Below, piece after piece: positions 10,093-19,662 of a stretch of 54,299 nucleotides of DNA. Each line of letters begins with the position of its first letter. Positions within the stretch are counted from its first letter, which is position 1. A model generated the notes under the pieces. That model was not told where the DNA came from. It did no database searches and saw only the letters and a list, made by a program, of their open reading frames with translations. This DNA comes from an uncultured Nitrosopumilaceae archaeon (GTDB taxonomy: Archaea > Thermoproteota > Nitrososphaeria > Nitrososphaerales > Nitrosopumilaceae). A program made the position numbers and the translations under genes. The stretch covers positions 1-54,299 of the forward strand of contig CAZDPM010000001.1 in the NCBI GenBank assembly GCA_964507355.1, written 5' to 3'.

Positions 10093-10565
10093 ATAAAAAA
10101 ATAATATTCTTTACATTAGTTGTACTAGTAGGCTCGTTAGTTATAGCTCCTCTGCAAAGCACTGATGCAGCATCATATGTTAGTGGTGATGGTTCTGTTA
10201 GCAAGTACTTGACTAAAACAAAAGTTGAACAAAAAAAAATGGGCTCACCCTATTGGAGCTATATTGTGAAAGCATGTGCTACTGATTACCCATTAGCTGT
10301 TGCTATGATTGATCTTAAATCCGATGTAGAAAAAGTAACACTTGGTGTAAATAATGTCATTCCAAAAGGACAATGTTCTTTCTATGGTGCAGTAATGAAA
10401 GCAAATGATGGCAAAACACTTGGTGCAACATTGATTCTCAAAACTGATGCATTAACAGAGGCTCAAAGCATACTAGCTAAACTACCATCTACTGCACAAA
10501 AGGATACATCGATCAAAAGACTAATGGAACTTTATAATTCACTAGGATTCATTCCTAGATTGTAA
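10089..10565 (+). CDS. Secreted protein with Cys-pair domain
   Basis: Signal peptide; YIVKACA...LKSDVE...IPKGQC motif. Confidence 0.8.
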   Translation: MNKKIIFFTLVVLVGSLVIAPLQSTDAASYVSGDGSVSKYLTKTKVEQKKMGSPYWSYIVKACATDYPLAVAMIDLKSDVEKVTLGVNNVIPKGQCSFYGAVMKANDGKTLGATLILKTDALTEAQSILAKLPSTAQKDTSIKRLMELYNSLGFIPRL

Positions 10566-10767
10566 ATTTTCTGAATCTTTTTTCATTTTTTACTTCAATT
10601 TTTTATAATACGATAAAACAAGAAAATCTATGGTATCTATTTGAATCTTTGATTAATTGGTATTTTTCATAGATGACTAGTGCTTTTTGTATTAAATTCA
10701 GGCCTGTTTGGTATTCATTTAGGCGTTCAAAAATTAAACTTAATAGGCCGATTTCAGGGGTAAACAT

Positions 10768-10929
10768 ATGGGACGTAGAAAGACTCAAAAAATCATACGC
10801 AGTGGTCCAAAAAATGCAACTACTGGAATGTGTCCGTTATGTAAGACAATTGGTAAGGTATTCCTTCTTGGCCCTCCTGGACAAGAGAGAGGAAAATGTG
10901 AGAAATGTCGTCAGGAATTTGAATTGTAG
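10768..10929 (+). CDS. 53-aa Zn-ribbon protein (loosely Elf1-like), missed by ORF track
   Basis: MGRRKTQKIIRSGPKNATTGMCPLCKTIGKVFLLGPPGQERGKCEKCRQEFEL*. Confidence 0.75.
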   Translation: MGRRKTQKIIRSGPKNATTGMCPLCKTIGKVFLLGPPGQERGKCEKCRQEFEL

Positions 10930-10931
10930 TT
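10922..10931 (+). repeat. Candidate attL core
   Basis: AATTGTAGTT, overlaps TAG of Zn-ribbon gene, 49 bp before integrase ATG. Confidence 0.45.
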
Positions 10932-10979
10932 ATACCTAACAAATAGTCCTTTTATCTTTCTATTACTGCCTATCTTCTG

Positions 10980-12494
10980 ATGTTGAGAGTTTACCAAGTT
11001 TTAACAAAATTTGATTCTAACAAAGATTATGGGTTTGATATACGCCCACAATATGGTAAATGTCTTTCAGTAATGAAAAAGGGAGACAAGTTTGATTCTA
11101 CTCAATTTGCAAAAGATCATAAAAATGAGTTTACTCAAAGAAGAAACACTATAGAAGCAACTCTTGCAGTGGTTCACAAGGCAATTACCATGGGCAAGAG
11201 AATTGGAATGCTAAAAGAAATTCCAAATGATTCTACTCCAATTTTGTTTAGTGATTTTTGTAAACTAGAAACCGTATCTTATTTTAGAAATCAATTACGT
11301 GGTAGTAATCGTAAAAACACTAAATCTGGTACAAACGGCACAAAGGACACATACGCAAGACATCTTTATTATTTTAATAACTGGATTTATGGAAAAAATT
11401 TAGAATACCAAACAGAGGTCAAGCTAGATAATGACACATACAAAAAAGAAAAAAAGCAAACTATTCTAAAAGGAGTAGAACATTTTCTAAAAATATATTC
11501 TGCAAGTCGATTTGACAAAAAACCATTTGAGAAATTGATCAAGAGTTACTTTTTAGATCCTAACACACAATTAAAGAGCAAATCTGTGAGAACCATTACA
11601 TTTTTTGCAATCAATGAGTATTTCAAAAAGAATGACGAACCTATTGGATTAAGTTTTGATCCTAATGCAGGAGTTCAGCTTGACAATGACGATTCAGGAC
11701 AATTGATGCGACTGGATGAATTTTTAAGAATTCTTACCATAGGAAAGCCAAGCCTTACAGAACGAGCAGTATTTCTGTGCAAATTCCAAAGAGGACTTGA
11801 TTCTTCCACACTTGTTGACCGATTTAATTTTGAGGTTTGGTCTCAGCTGATAGAAGTGTTTGGAACAGAAGAATACAAAAAATGGGATTTGAAAAAATGT
11901 CCTGTCATAATAGAACTAAAACGAGTAAAGACAAATGTGTCTCATTTTGGGTTTTTAGATTTGGATGCAGTTTCCGCAATAGTTGACTATCTTGATTACA
12001 GGAAAAAAATTACAGGTAAAGAAATGAGTGAAAAAGAAGCATTGTTTTTGAATAATTTCCAAAATCCTATAGGCGAGGTATGGATTACGACTAGTTTTGC
12101 TAGAATGAGAAAGAATGCAGGGCTAGACGAGGTTTTAAATGAAAAAAAGGTAGAAAATGGCTCTAAAAAGAAGTACAGAATAACTGCCCATGAAACCCGT
12201 GATCTGCTAAAGTCAGTCTTAATAGAGTCAGGCGTCAGATATGATTTGGCTGAAGAATTCATTGGGCACAAAACAAAGGATTCATACGAAAAACAAATGA
12301 AACTTTTTACCTCTACTCTACGAGAGGAATACATCAAGGCATCAGGCAGGTTGAACATATTTTCAAAATTTCAGGAAATATCCAAGGGGGCTAACACTAC
12401 CGAGGATCTGGAAGCCAAGCTAAAGGCAATGGAACTAAAAATGCTAAAAATGAACAAGAGAATATCCAGAACCGATAAACTAAGAAGGAAATAA
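10980..12494 (+). CDS. Tyrosine recombinase / integrase
   Basis: LKRVKT (K), HETR (HxxR), IGH, DSY (Tyr); box I reads FQRGLDSST. Confidence 0.88.
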   Translation: MLRVYQVLTKFDSNKDYGFDIRPQYGKCLSVMKKGDKFDSTQFAKDHKNEFTQRRNTIEATLAVVHKAITMGKRIGMLKEIPNDSTPILFSDFCKLETVSYFRNQLRGSNRKNTKSGTNGTKDTYARHLYYFNNWIYGKNLEYQTEVKLDNDTYKKEKKQTILKGVEHFLKIYSASRFDKKPFEKLIKSYFLDPNTQLKSKSVRTITFFAINEYFKKNDEPIGLSFDPNAGVQLDNDDSGQLMRLDEFLRILTIGKPSLTERAVFLCKFQRGLDSSTLVDRFNFEVWSQLIEVFGTEEYKKWDLKKCPVIIELKRVKTNVSHFGFLDLDAVSAIVDYLDYRKKITGKEMSEKEALFLNNFQNPIGEVWITTSFARMRKNAGLDEVLNEKKVENGSKKKYRITAHETRDLLKSVLIESGVRYDLAEEFIGHKTKDSYEKQMKLFTSTLREEYIKASGRLNIFSKFQEISKGANTTEDLEAKLKAMELKMLKMNKRISRTDKLRRK

Positions 12495-12551
12495 CAAGTT
12501 CTCTAATTTTAACACCGATAAAATTACACACAATTATTCTAATGACATATT

Positions 12552-13298
12552 TTAACTACGTTTATTTTTATTTCTGATTTTCTTGTATGTTTTTTCTCGT
12601 AACATCTCTAATCGTTTAATGTCTTTATCTGTGACAGATTCAGGATCATCATCTATCTTACTCAGTAAATTACCTTCTTCTTTTGCCATAATTGCATAAT
12701 ACTCCAAAGAGTCAGAATTAATGGATTCTAATAATTGCGCGTAGTCTACATTAAAGCCTAATTGAAAATTTCCTTGAGTGATAATTTGTTTCTGTTTTTT
12801 ATTTTTTATGTTATGTTTTATTTTATTAAATATCATTTTTTCAATATCTGCCACATCATCGCGTGTAAGTATTTTTATGTTTTTCAAATCATCATCCCTA
12901 ACAAAATAAGATGAAATTCCCCACGGTAATGAAGATGAGACAATAGATCCCTCTAATTGGGAATAATCATACTGTATACCTCCTCCACGTTTTTTAATAT
13001 TTTTTAAATAAGAAATAGCTAACATTATGTCTGCAGGATTGATTATTCCTTTATCGCCTAATTTGTAAACGGGTTTACCGTTTTGCATAGAAGGTTCGAT
13101 TTCTCTAGTCCTAAGTAATTCCTTAATGTGTTTTGCAAGAGTGGCAGATGAAAATGCAGGTTTTAATTCAGGTGTTAATTTAGATGTTAATTCTAATTCT
13201 AATTGGGTGTAACTCTTTTCTTCGGATTGTAATGATTTGAGTATCTTATCTAGATTCTTTCTTTTTTTTATTTGTTGATGAAAATTATATGATTCCAT
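12552..13298 (-). CDS. Winged-helix transcription regulator
   Basis: ILKSL...KSYTQL...FSSATLAKHIKELL...EI...PVYKL. Confidence 0.7.
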   Translation of the reverse strand: MESYNFHQQIKKRKNLDKILKSLQSEEKSYTQLELELTSKLTPELKPAFSSATLAKHIKELLRTREIEPSMQNGKPVYKLGDKGIINPADIMLAISYLKNIKKRGGGIQYDYSQLEGSIVSSSLPWGISSYFVRDDDLKNIKILTRDDVADIEKMIFNKIKHNIKNKKQKQIITQGNFQLGFNVDYAQLLESINSDSLEYYAIMAKEEGNLLSKIDDDPESVTDKDIKRLEMLREKTYKKIRNKNKRS

Positions 13299-13369
13299 GA
13301 TTTGTTCATAATTATTATCAAGTAATTAAATTCATTTACCTTGAAACAATTTTTTTATGTTTAACAACC

Positions 13370-13406
13370 CTAAACTGAGTTGAGTTTAGTAAACTCAGAT
13401 CACTCA
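13370..13406. promoter_or_regulatory. Nested palindromes in divergent promoter (operator or origin-like)
   Basis: TGAGTTTA-G-TAAACTCA (13381-13397), overlapping CTAAACTGA..TGAGTTTAG, repeated ACTCA/TGAGT. Confidence 0.55.
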
Positions 13407-13441
13407 AATCATCTTAATTACATATTAACACACAACTTTCG

Positions 13442-13606
13442 ATGGCAGTAAGTAACTCAGAATACGAATGTGGTTGTCCAGAAGATAAAAAGTACAAAGT
13501 TATCTTTGATGGAGACACTACAGGAGTTTACAGTGTAGATTATTGTCAGAAATGTTATGATCTAGACGATAAACAATTCATGATTTCATGTGAGGGGCTA
13601 ACATGA
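13442..13606 (+). CDS. 54-aa Zn-finger protein, missed by ORF track
   Basis: MAVSNSEYECGC...YCQKCYD...EGLT*; ATGA overlap with 13603 ORF. Confidence 0.65.
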   Translation: MAVSNSEYECGCPEDKKYKVIFDGDTTGVYSVDYCQKCYDLDDKQFMISCEGLT

Positions 13607-14949
13607 TGATGAAGATGATGCATGACATTAAACCAAGTAAATACAACACGAATACACTACAAAATACAAATAAATTTGATAGTAATGAAATTAAAAATAA
13701 GCAAATATCCCTTAATCTAGTTGATAATGCAATAGTAAATTATCAGAATGAATTAAATGAAATATTCGATAACGAATTAGATAAAAAAATACCCTATATT
13801 GATTTGATCAAGGTGAATAAAAATAATAAAAATAATAGAATTACATGCAGAACACACATTTCATTATCTACTATTCAGAGATTACAGAAATGGTATAAAC
13901 AAAAATATGAAAATGATTTTGGTATAAGTAAAGAAATAGAATTAATTTTAGATGAATATCTTGATAAAATTGACGCTCAATTAGTGAACAAAGATACGTC
14001 ATCATATATAGAATATAATAATAGAACGCCTAGAATAGATGTTTTAAACAGACTATTGAAAATATCAGAAGAATTAACAAATAATCCTGGTAATCTATTT
14101 TCAAAGTCTGAACTGTTACGAATTATAGAAAAGCAAAAATCGATTAGAGATAAGCGAATAATACAACAATATCATGACTGCTTACTTTTGTATTCAATTA
14201 GAATGAATCAGGCAAATATCCCACATGACCAATACAATATGTCGGGATTTAGAACAGGAGTGTTGCATCTAATTAAAAATAGAGATAACCAAAAAATGTG
14301 TAGAATTAAAGACTATCATAATGATTTGACCCTAAAAGGAACAATGGGGGAGGGCATAGGGGTCAGTTATATACAACAAATTATCAATGAATCAAGCAAT
14401 CAGATTCCAGCACTACATGACATTAGAATCAAATTTCCTTCCAAACAACTTTATCAAAATGCCGTTAATGTAGGAAAGATACCCAACAGTCGCAATAAAG
14501 GAATATTTGAAAAAGACATAGATATTTCCAAAGATATTACTGCAAATATTGCAATTTATCCAACATCCACCACAATTGAGTTGGCATGTACATATCATCC
14601 TATCAACTGTAATGCTAAGGGAGCAGAAGAACTACTAGAACATGTAACTTTTATCAGTAATTTTCTATCTAAAACATACCGCGTCCAAGATATTCCTAAT
14701 ATCTTAGAGTGGATTATAACATATTATCATTTGAATCAGGATGGGATAATAGAGTTGTCAGGGGAGAAATTCCATAGAACCATATCCGACATTACAGGAA
14801 AAGGTATAACTGAATATGCAAAATCATTCCCAAATGGTAAACAAATAATGCGTTCTGAAAGTATCTTTACCCCAAATATCACCATCCAAAATCAATTAAA
14901 GAACATGCAAATGATTGGAGATTATTTTAATTCAACAACTCGATTTTGA
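13603..14949 (+). CDS. Element core protein of unknown function (RHH-like segment; replication-initiator candidate)
   Basis: 448 aa; RTHISLSTIQRL..ISKEIELIL RHH-like; C-terminal LHDIRIKF..WIITYYHLNQDG..SGEKF; position in element core. Confidence 0.55.
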   Translation: MMMKMMHDIKPSKYNTNTLQNTNKFDSNEIKNKQISLNLVDNAIVNYQNELNEIFDNELDKKIPYIDLIKVNKNNKNNRITCRTHISLSTIQRLQKWYKQKYENDFGISKEIELILDEYLDKIDAQLVNKDTSSYIEYNNRTPRIDVLNRLLKISEELTNNPGNLFSKSELLRIIEKQKSIRDKRIIQQYHDCLLLYSIRMNQANIPHDQYNMSGFRTGVLHLIKNRDNQKMCRIKDYHNDLTLKGTMGEGIGVSYIQQIINESSNQIPALHDIRIKFPSKQLYQNAVNVGKIPNSRNKGIFEKDIDISKDITANIAIYPTSTTIELACTYHPINCNAKGAEELLEHVTFISNFLSKTYRVQDIPNILEWIITYYHLNQDGIIELSGEKFHRTISDITGKGITEYAKSFPNGKQIMRSESIFTPNITIQNQLKNMQMIGDYFNSTTRF

Positions 14950-14996
14950 TCCAGTTAGGAAAAATATGCTAATATTCAACAATCACGTAATTGATT

Positions 14997-15158
14997 ATGA
15001 TGGAAGAAAATAATCATAGATTTTTTGCAGAGATTGATAGAGATACCTTTCTAAAATTTGTAGAATTGAATAAACCAAATGATCTCAAAGCAGATTGGCT
15101 CAAATCACTTGTTGAACATGTTTGTGATTGTGAGAAGTGGCGGGAGGAACAAGTATGA
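14997..15158 (+). CDS. 53-aa RHH-like protein, missed by ORF track
   Basis: MMEENNHRFFAEIDRDTFLKFVELNKPNDLKADWLKSLVEHVCDCEKWREEQV*; ATGA overlap with 15155. Confidence 0.55.
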   Translation: MMEENNHRFFAEIDRDTFLKFVELNKPNDLKADWLKSLVEHVCDCEKWREEQV

Positions 15159-15487
15159 GTTCACTAAATCAAATACTAGTAAAATATCTAAAAACAAATC
15201 ATATCCAATATGCAACATTAGACGAAGTACCACGATTCAAAGAATATTTTCTCAATTATTTACGAATAGTTTGGAAAACCCCAGAAGAACATTTAGAAAC
15301 ACGTTATAAAATAACCTGTAACAATCTTAGTCATGGTAGAGCATGGAGAGAAATAAGACATGGCGCAGTTTATGGACTGTGGATGAAATGTGACTTGAAA
15401 CAATATCAAATTGCGAATCTGCTTAGCGTTAACGTAAGAACGATCAGACGCGATATGAGATTCTTAGAGAAATCCATGTATAAATAA
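15155..15487 (+). CDS. C-terminal HTH DNA-binding protein (ORF track start 15137)
   Basis: KQYQIANLLSVNVRTIRRD; ATG 15155 coupled to upstream stop. Confidence 0.7.
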   Translation: MSSLNQILVKYLKTNHIQYATLDEVPRFKEYFLNYLRIVWKTPEEHLETRYKITCNNLSHGRAWREIRHGAVYGLWMKCDLKQYQIANLLSVNVRTIRRDMRFLEKSMYK

Positions 15488-15659
15488 TACAAAGCGGGCA
15501 AAAATCCCATTATTTTATGCCTACACATTGTCCGTTTTGGGAAAAAATTGTATTGTTACCTTGACGAATGATTTTTCTATGTTATCTGTCAATTGATTAT
15601 TCTAACATGGCAAAATTATTCTAGGAAGAAGTGAAATAGGACAAAAAATGTGATAATTT

Positions 15660-17702
15660 GTGGCAAATATTAAAAATGACAGAATTACAGAATACACAGA
15701 TTCGGATGTTATTGAGGAATTAGTACCACAGACAGAGATTCCTAAACAAAGGGAATTTTATAAAATACCGAGAAGATTTGGTTCAATTCCTGTTGACGAA
15801 CTTCCTTTAGGCTGTGACATTGAAAAACAATATTATAAAATTTATCCAAGAGTGGCATTACCATTTCAAAAAGCAAATCGAGTCACATTTGGATATCCTG
15901 ATTTAGAACCGAATAGGTTGTTTTGGGGAGACAATCTTCATGTGATGAGAATGTTACCGTCAAATTCAATAGATTTGATATACATTGATCCACCTTTTTT
16001 TTCAGATCGAAATTATAATGTATTATTTGGAGATCAAAATGAGATTCGCTCTTTTACAGATATTTGGGAGGGAGGAATGCCAACTTATCTCATTTGGCTC
16101 AATTCTAGATTGTTAGAGATGAAGAGATTGTTAAAATCCACAGGTACTCTGTTTATTCATCTTGATTGGCATGCAGTACATTATGTTAAAATTGAATTAG
16201 ATAAAATTTTTGGATATGATAATTTTAGAAATGAAATAATCTGGAAACGTTCATCAGGACATCCTTTATCAATAAAAAAATTTGAGGCAGTTACAGATAC
16301 AATATTAGTTTATTCAAAATCTGAAGAGGTTTATTTTTCTCCAGTAACTCAACCTCTTGAAGATACAGCTATAGAACGTGATTATACTAACAAAGATGAA
16401 CATGGTTATTTCATGTCAGATAATTTAACTGGTGGTAAAGGAGGAGGAAAAGAAGCTTATGAGCCATTCAATGGTGCATTGCCTCCTAAAGGCAGAGCTT
16501 GGGCACCACCACGTCGTGAAAAATTACCTGAGTGGGCAATTGAAAAACTCCCAAAAGATTATGAAAAAATGAATCAGCTTGAGAAATGTAAAACTCTAGA
16601 TAAAATAGGATTAATTTATTGGACAAAATCAAACACACCTCGTTTTAAGCGATATTTACCAGATAATCCAACTAAATTTGCAACAAATCTTTGGGATGAC
16701 ATAAATGCATTATCTTCTAAATCAAACGAAAGAATAGGTTACCCAACTCAAAAACCAGAACCATTGCTAGAACGAATCATCAAATCATCTACAAAAGAAG
16801 GGGATGTTGTCGCTGATTTTTTTTGTGGTGGAGGCACTACACCTTCTATTGCTCAAAAGCTAAATCGAAGATGGATTGCTAGCGATCAATCAAGAGTTGC
16901 GGTTGCAATCACTCAAGGTAGACTAGAATCATTATTTGAAGATGGAAAAAAACAGTTAACTCTAACAGAGATACCAGACATTTCTATTGAATATTGGGGA
17001 ACTTATGAAGTACCAGAACTTGAGGAATTAGATGATGATGAATTTAGAGATTTCATAATATCTGCTTATGGAGGGCGTCCATCTACATCAAGCGATTATA
17101 TTCACGGATTTAAAAGAGATACGCCAATCTTTGTTGGTTCCGCAAAACAAAATATACAAGTTACAAAAAATGAAGTGATTAATTTTGCTAGAGATATTTC
17201 AGAAAAGAAAGGGAAGAAACAAGGCATAATGTTAGCATGGTCTTTTGCACAATCTGCTAGATTAGCAGTAGAAAAACTAATGCAAGACAGTCAAACATCA
17301 GTAGATCTTATTCAAATTTCCCTTACAGAGATTGAGTCAGCAGAGTTTAGAGAACACGTAACCAAATTACATAACGAATACGAATCCTATCTAAAATTCA
17401 TTCTACCACCTGAAGTGATAGTACACCATAAAAAAATTAAATCAATGACATATGAATTTGATGCAACAGAATCAATAGCACTCAATTCTGGTGCAACAAT
17501 TGTCAACATTCAATGGGATTTGGATTACAAGGGTAGGTTTACACCATCAAAAGGATTTGCTTATGGTAGAGATCAAAAAGGAGCACCACTTTTTAAAATT
17601 GAATACAAATTTGAACACATTGGAAAGATCCCAATTGCTTGTAGAGTTCAAGATGATCTTGGTGGGGAAAAGATTTACACTGAAGTAATTTCAGTCTCTT
17701 GA
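15660..17702 (+). CDS. mod: Type III-like R-M DNA methyltransferase (Mod, beta class) with C-terminal extension
   Basis: GDNL, IYIDPPFF, RNEIIW, YPTQKPE.LLERII, DFFCGGGTT. Confidence 0.92.
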   Translation: MANIKNDRITEYTDSDVIEELVPQTEIPKQREFYKIPRRFGSIPVDELPLGCDIEKQYYKIYPRVALPFQKANRVTFGYPDLEPNRLFWGDNLHVMRMLPSNSIDLIYIDPPFFSDRNYNVLFGDQNEIRSFTDIWEGGMPTYLIWLNSRLLEMKRLLKSTGTLFIHLDWHAVHYVKIELDKIFGYDNFRNEIIWKRSSGHPLSIKKFEAVTDTILVYSKSEEVYFSPVTQPLEDTAIERDYTNKDEHGYFMSDNLTGGKGGGKEAYEPFNGALPPKGRAWAPPRREKLPEWAIEKLPKDYEKMNQLEKCKTLDKIGLIYWTKSNTPRFKRYLPDNPTKFATNLWDDINALSSKSNERIGYPTQKPEPLLERIIKSSTKEGDVVADFFCGGGTTPSIAQKLNRRWIASDQSRVAVAITQGRLESLFEDGKKQLTLTEIPDISIEYWGTYEVPELEELDDDEFRDFIISAYGGRPSTSSDYIHGFKRDTPIFVGSAKQNIQVTKNEVINFARDISEKKGKKQGIMLAWSFAQSARLAVEKLMQDSQTSVDLIQISLTEIESAEFREHVTKLHNEYESYLKFILPPEVIVHHKKIKSMTYEFDATESIALNSGATIVNIQWDLDYKGRFTPSKGFAYGRDQKGAPLFKIEYKFEHIGKIPIACRVQDDLGGEKIYTEVISVS

Positions 17703-17703
17703 T

Positions 17704-19662
17704 ATGCTTGATGCATTTTTACCCCATCAGGAAAACTTTGAACAATGGAGAGAATTTGGATATCCAGATGTAAAGCCTGAAACACGTGAATATATTGAAA
17801 ATGTTCTAAGACCAAATAAAAAATTCAAACTCTGGAAACATCAAGTCGAAGGATTACTACGAACAATCTATGCATATGAAATTCTAAATAAAAAAAATTG
17901 TTTGTTAAATATTGTTACAGGCGGTGGTAAAACAGCCATTATTGCCTCTGTGATTTTTTGGCTAAAATCAGTTCATAATATTGACAAATTTCTAATCCTT
18001 ACACCCAATACGATTGTCAGGGCTAGACTAAAACAAGATTTTGAAAATGGTATTGTATTCAAGAACTTTCAATTTGCTACCAAACAAAACGAAATTCTGA
18101 TTAATGAATTGGGATTACATGTGATGGAAAGTGGAAGCCAACCACAAGGAATGATTGATGCAGGAATTTTTCTTGCAAATATTCAACAACTATATCAATC
18201 AAATGTAACAGGTCAGAGAAATCTTGCATACATTTTGAATCATCTAGGAGACATTGCAATTTTTAATGATGAAGCTCACAACACACCTGCTCTGGAATAC
18301 ACAAATATTCTAAATGCATTATCTGCAAAATCAAAATTTCGCTTAGACACCACTGCTACTCCAAGTAGAGCTGATGGTCAAGAACCAGATTCTGAAATGA
18401 TTCAGTACTATGATGTAACAAAGGCACTAGAAGACGGCATTGTCAAATCAGTGGTAGTTTATGAACCAGAAGTAAAACTATTGAAGATGACTTATACTAA
18501 TGCAGTAAGCGGGGAAACACGAGATATTACAGAACTTGACGCGGAATTTAAAGAAGCTGAAAAAACACTAAAACCATTTCAGTGGATTTTAGATCCCGAA
18601 CCAATGAAAAAACAAATTGCAATATCTTTACAAAGACATGAGGAACAAAAAGCAAGAGCTAAAGGAAGGTACAAGCCTATTTTGTTCATTGTTACAATGA
18701 GTATTCTAGAAGGCGAACGTGCAAAAAAGATGCTTGAAGAACGATTTAAAATTAAAACACTTCTTGTTACTGAAGAATCAGATGAAACAGATAGAGAAGA
18801 GGCAATGAAGATTGGAACGTTTGATAGTAAATATGATGCAGTTGTCAGCGTTTTAATGCTTAGAGAAGGATGGGATGTTCCACAAGTATCAACTATTTTG
18901 TTATTGAGAAAATTTTCATCACCAGTTTATGGTCAACAGGTAATTGGTAGGGGATTAAGAAAAGTCATAAGAGATCCATCTGAAAGAGAAATTCTTGCAG
19001 TAGTGGATCATCCTAGACTAGAACATGATTGGCTTTGGCGATTAGTAGCAGTAAGTAAAGTGAGACAGGAAGTTACAGACAAAGATATTTTTGATGTTGA
19101 AGAAGATCTTCCACTTAAACCAAAAATACAAACATTGGTTAATCCAGAAAAAATCATCAAGATTCCTGAGCCCAAATATGATGTTGATGTTGATTTTGAA
19201 AAAATTTCTGCTGAAATTCCAGAGGAAGAGCAAGAGTCTAACTGGCAAAGCATTTTGGATAATACCTCTTATGAACGTGAAACATGGAGAATAAAGCAGA
19301 CTAGAATTAAAAGTGTTCAAGCAAAAAGACTGAAGGATAAAAGAATGGAGATTGTGGATGCACCAGATGAAGAAGGATTTGAATTAATTGGAAAATTTCC
19401 TAGAGATGTTTTGGAAAATAAATTAAAACAAGAATTGTTAAACATTGCATCAGGATTGTTACAAGAAGCAGGATATGGAAGTAAGTTACGTGGTGTGTTG
19501 TATTCCGTGCTAAATGATCATATAAAAAAGAAAATATTTGCAGGAAAACAATTATCCGAAGTTACAGACGAAGATATAGAATTTGCATTATACATGATTC
19601 CAGAGATAAGGAAGAACTTTACCCCGTCAATAATTTTAGGTATTGTGAGGTCGAGAAATTGA
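17704..19662 (+). CDS. res: Type III Res-like SF2 helicase/ATPase lacking the C-terminal nuclease
   Basis: HQ, TGGGKT, DEAH, TATP, LREGWDV, QVIGRGLR. Confidence 0.88.
   Translation: MLDAFLPHQENFEQWREFGYPDVKPETREYIENVLRPNKKFKLWKHQVEGLLRTIYAYEILNKKNCLLNIVTGGGKTAIIASVIFWLKSVHNIDKFLILTPNTIVRARLKQDFENGIVFKNFQFATKQNEILINELGLHVMESGSQPQGMIDAGIFLANIQQLYQSNVTGQRNLAYILNHLGDIAIFNDEAHNTPALEYTNILNALSAKSKFRLDTTATPSRADGQEPDSEMIQYYDVTKALEDGIVKSVVVYEPEVKLLKMTYTNAVSGETRDITELDAEFKEAEKTLKPFQWILDPEPMKKQIAISLQRHEEQKARAKGRYKPILFIVTMSILEGERAKKMLEERFKIKTLLVTEESDETDREEAMKIGTFDSKYDAVVSVLMLREGWDVPQVSTILLLRKFSSPVYGQQVIGRGLRKVIRDPSEREILAVVDHPRLEHDWLWRLVAVSKVRQEVTDKDIFDVEEDLPLKPKIQTLVNPEKIIKIPEPKYDVDVDFEKISAEIPEEEQESNWQSILDNTSYERETWRIKQTRIKSVQAKRLKDKRMEIVDAPDEEGFELIGKFPRDVLENKLKQELLNIASGLLQEAGYGSKLRGVLYSVLNDHIKKKIFAGKQLSEVTDEDIEFALYMIPEIRKNFTPSIILGIVRSRN

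Noticed and set aside
10603-10939. ORF track calls 10603-10788 (-) and 10673-10939 (+)
   Set aside because: A different frame (10768-10929) gives a clear CxxC..CxxC protein
12471-12523. ACCGATAAA repeated at the integrase 3' end as arm-type sites
   Set aside because: Only 9 bp, two copies, and not near the proposed att cores
15079-15309. 76-aa ORF
   Set aside because: Overlaps two better-supported coupled ORFs (14997 and 15155)
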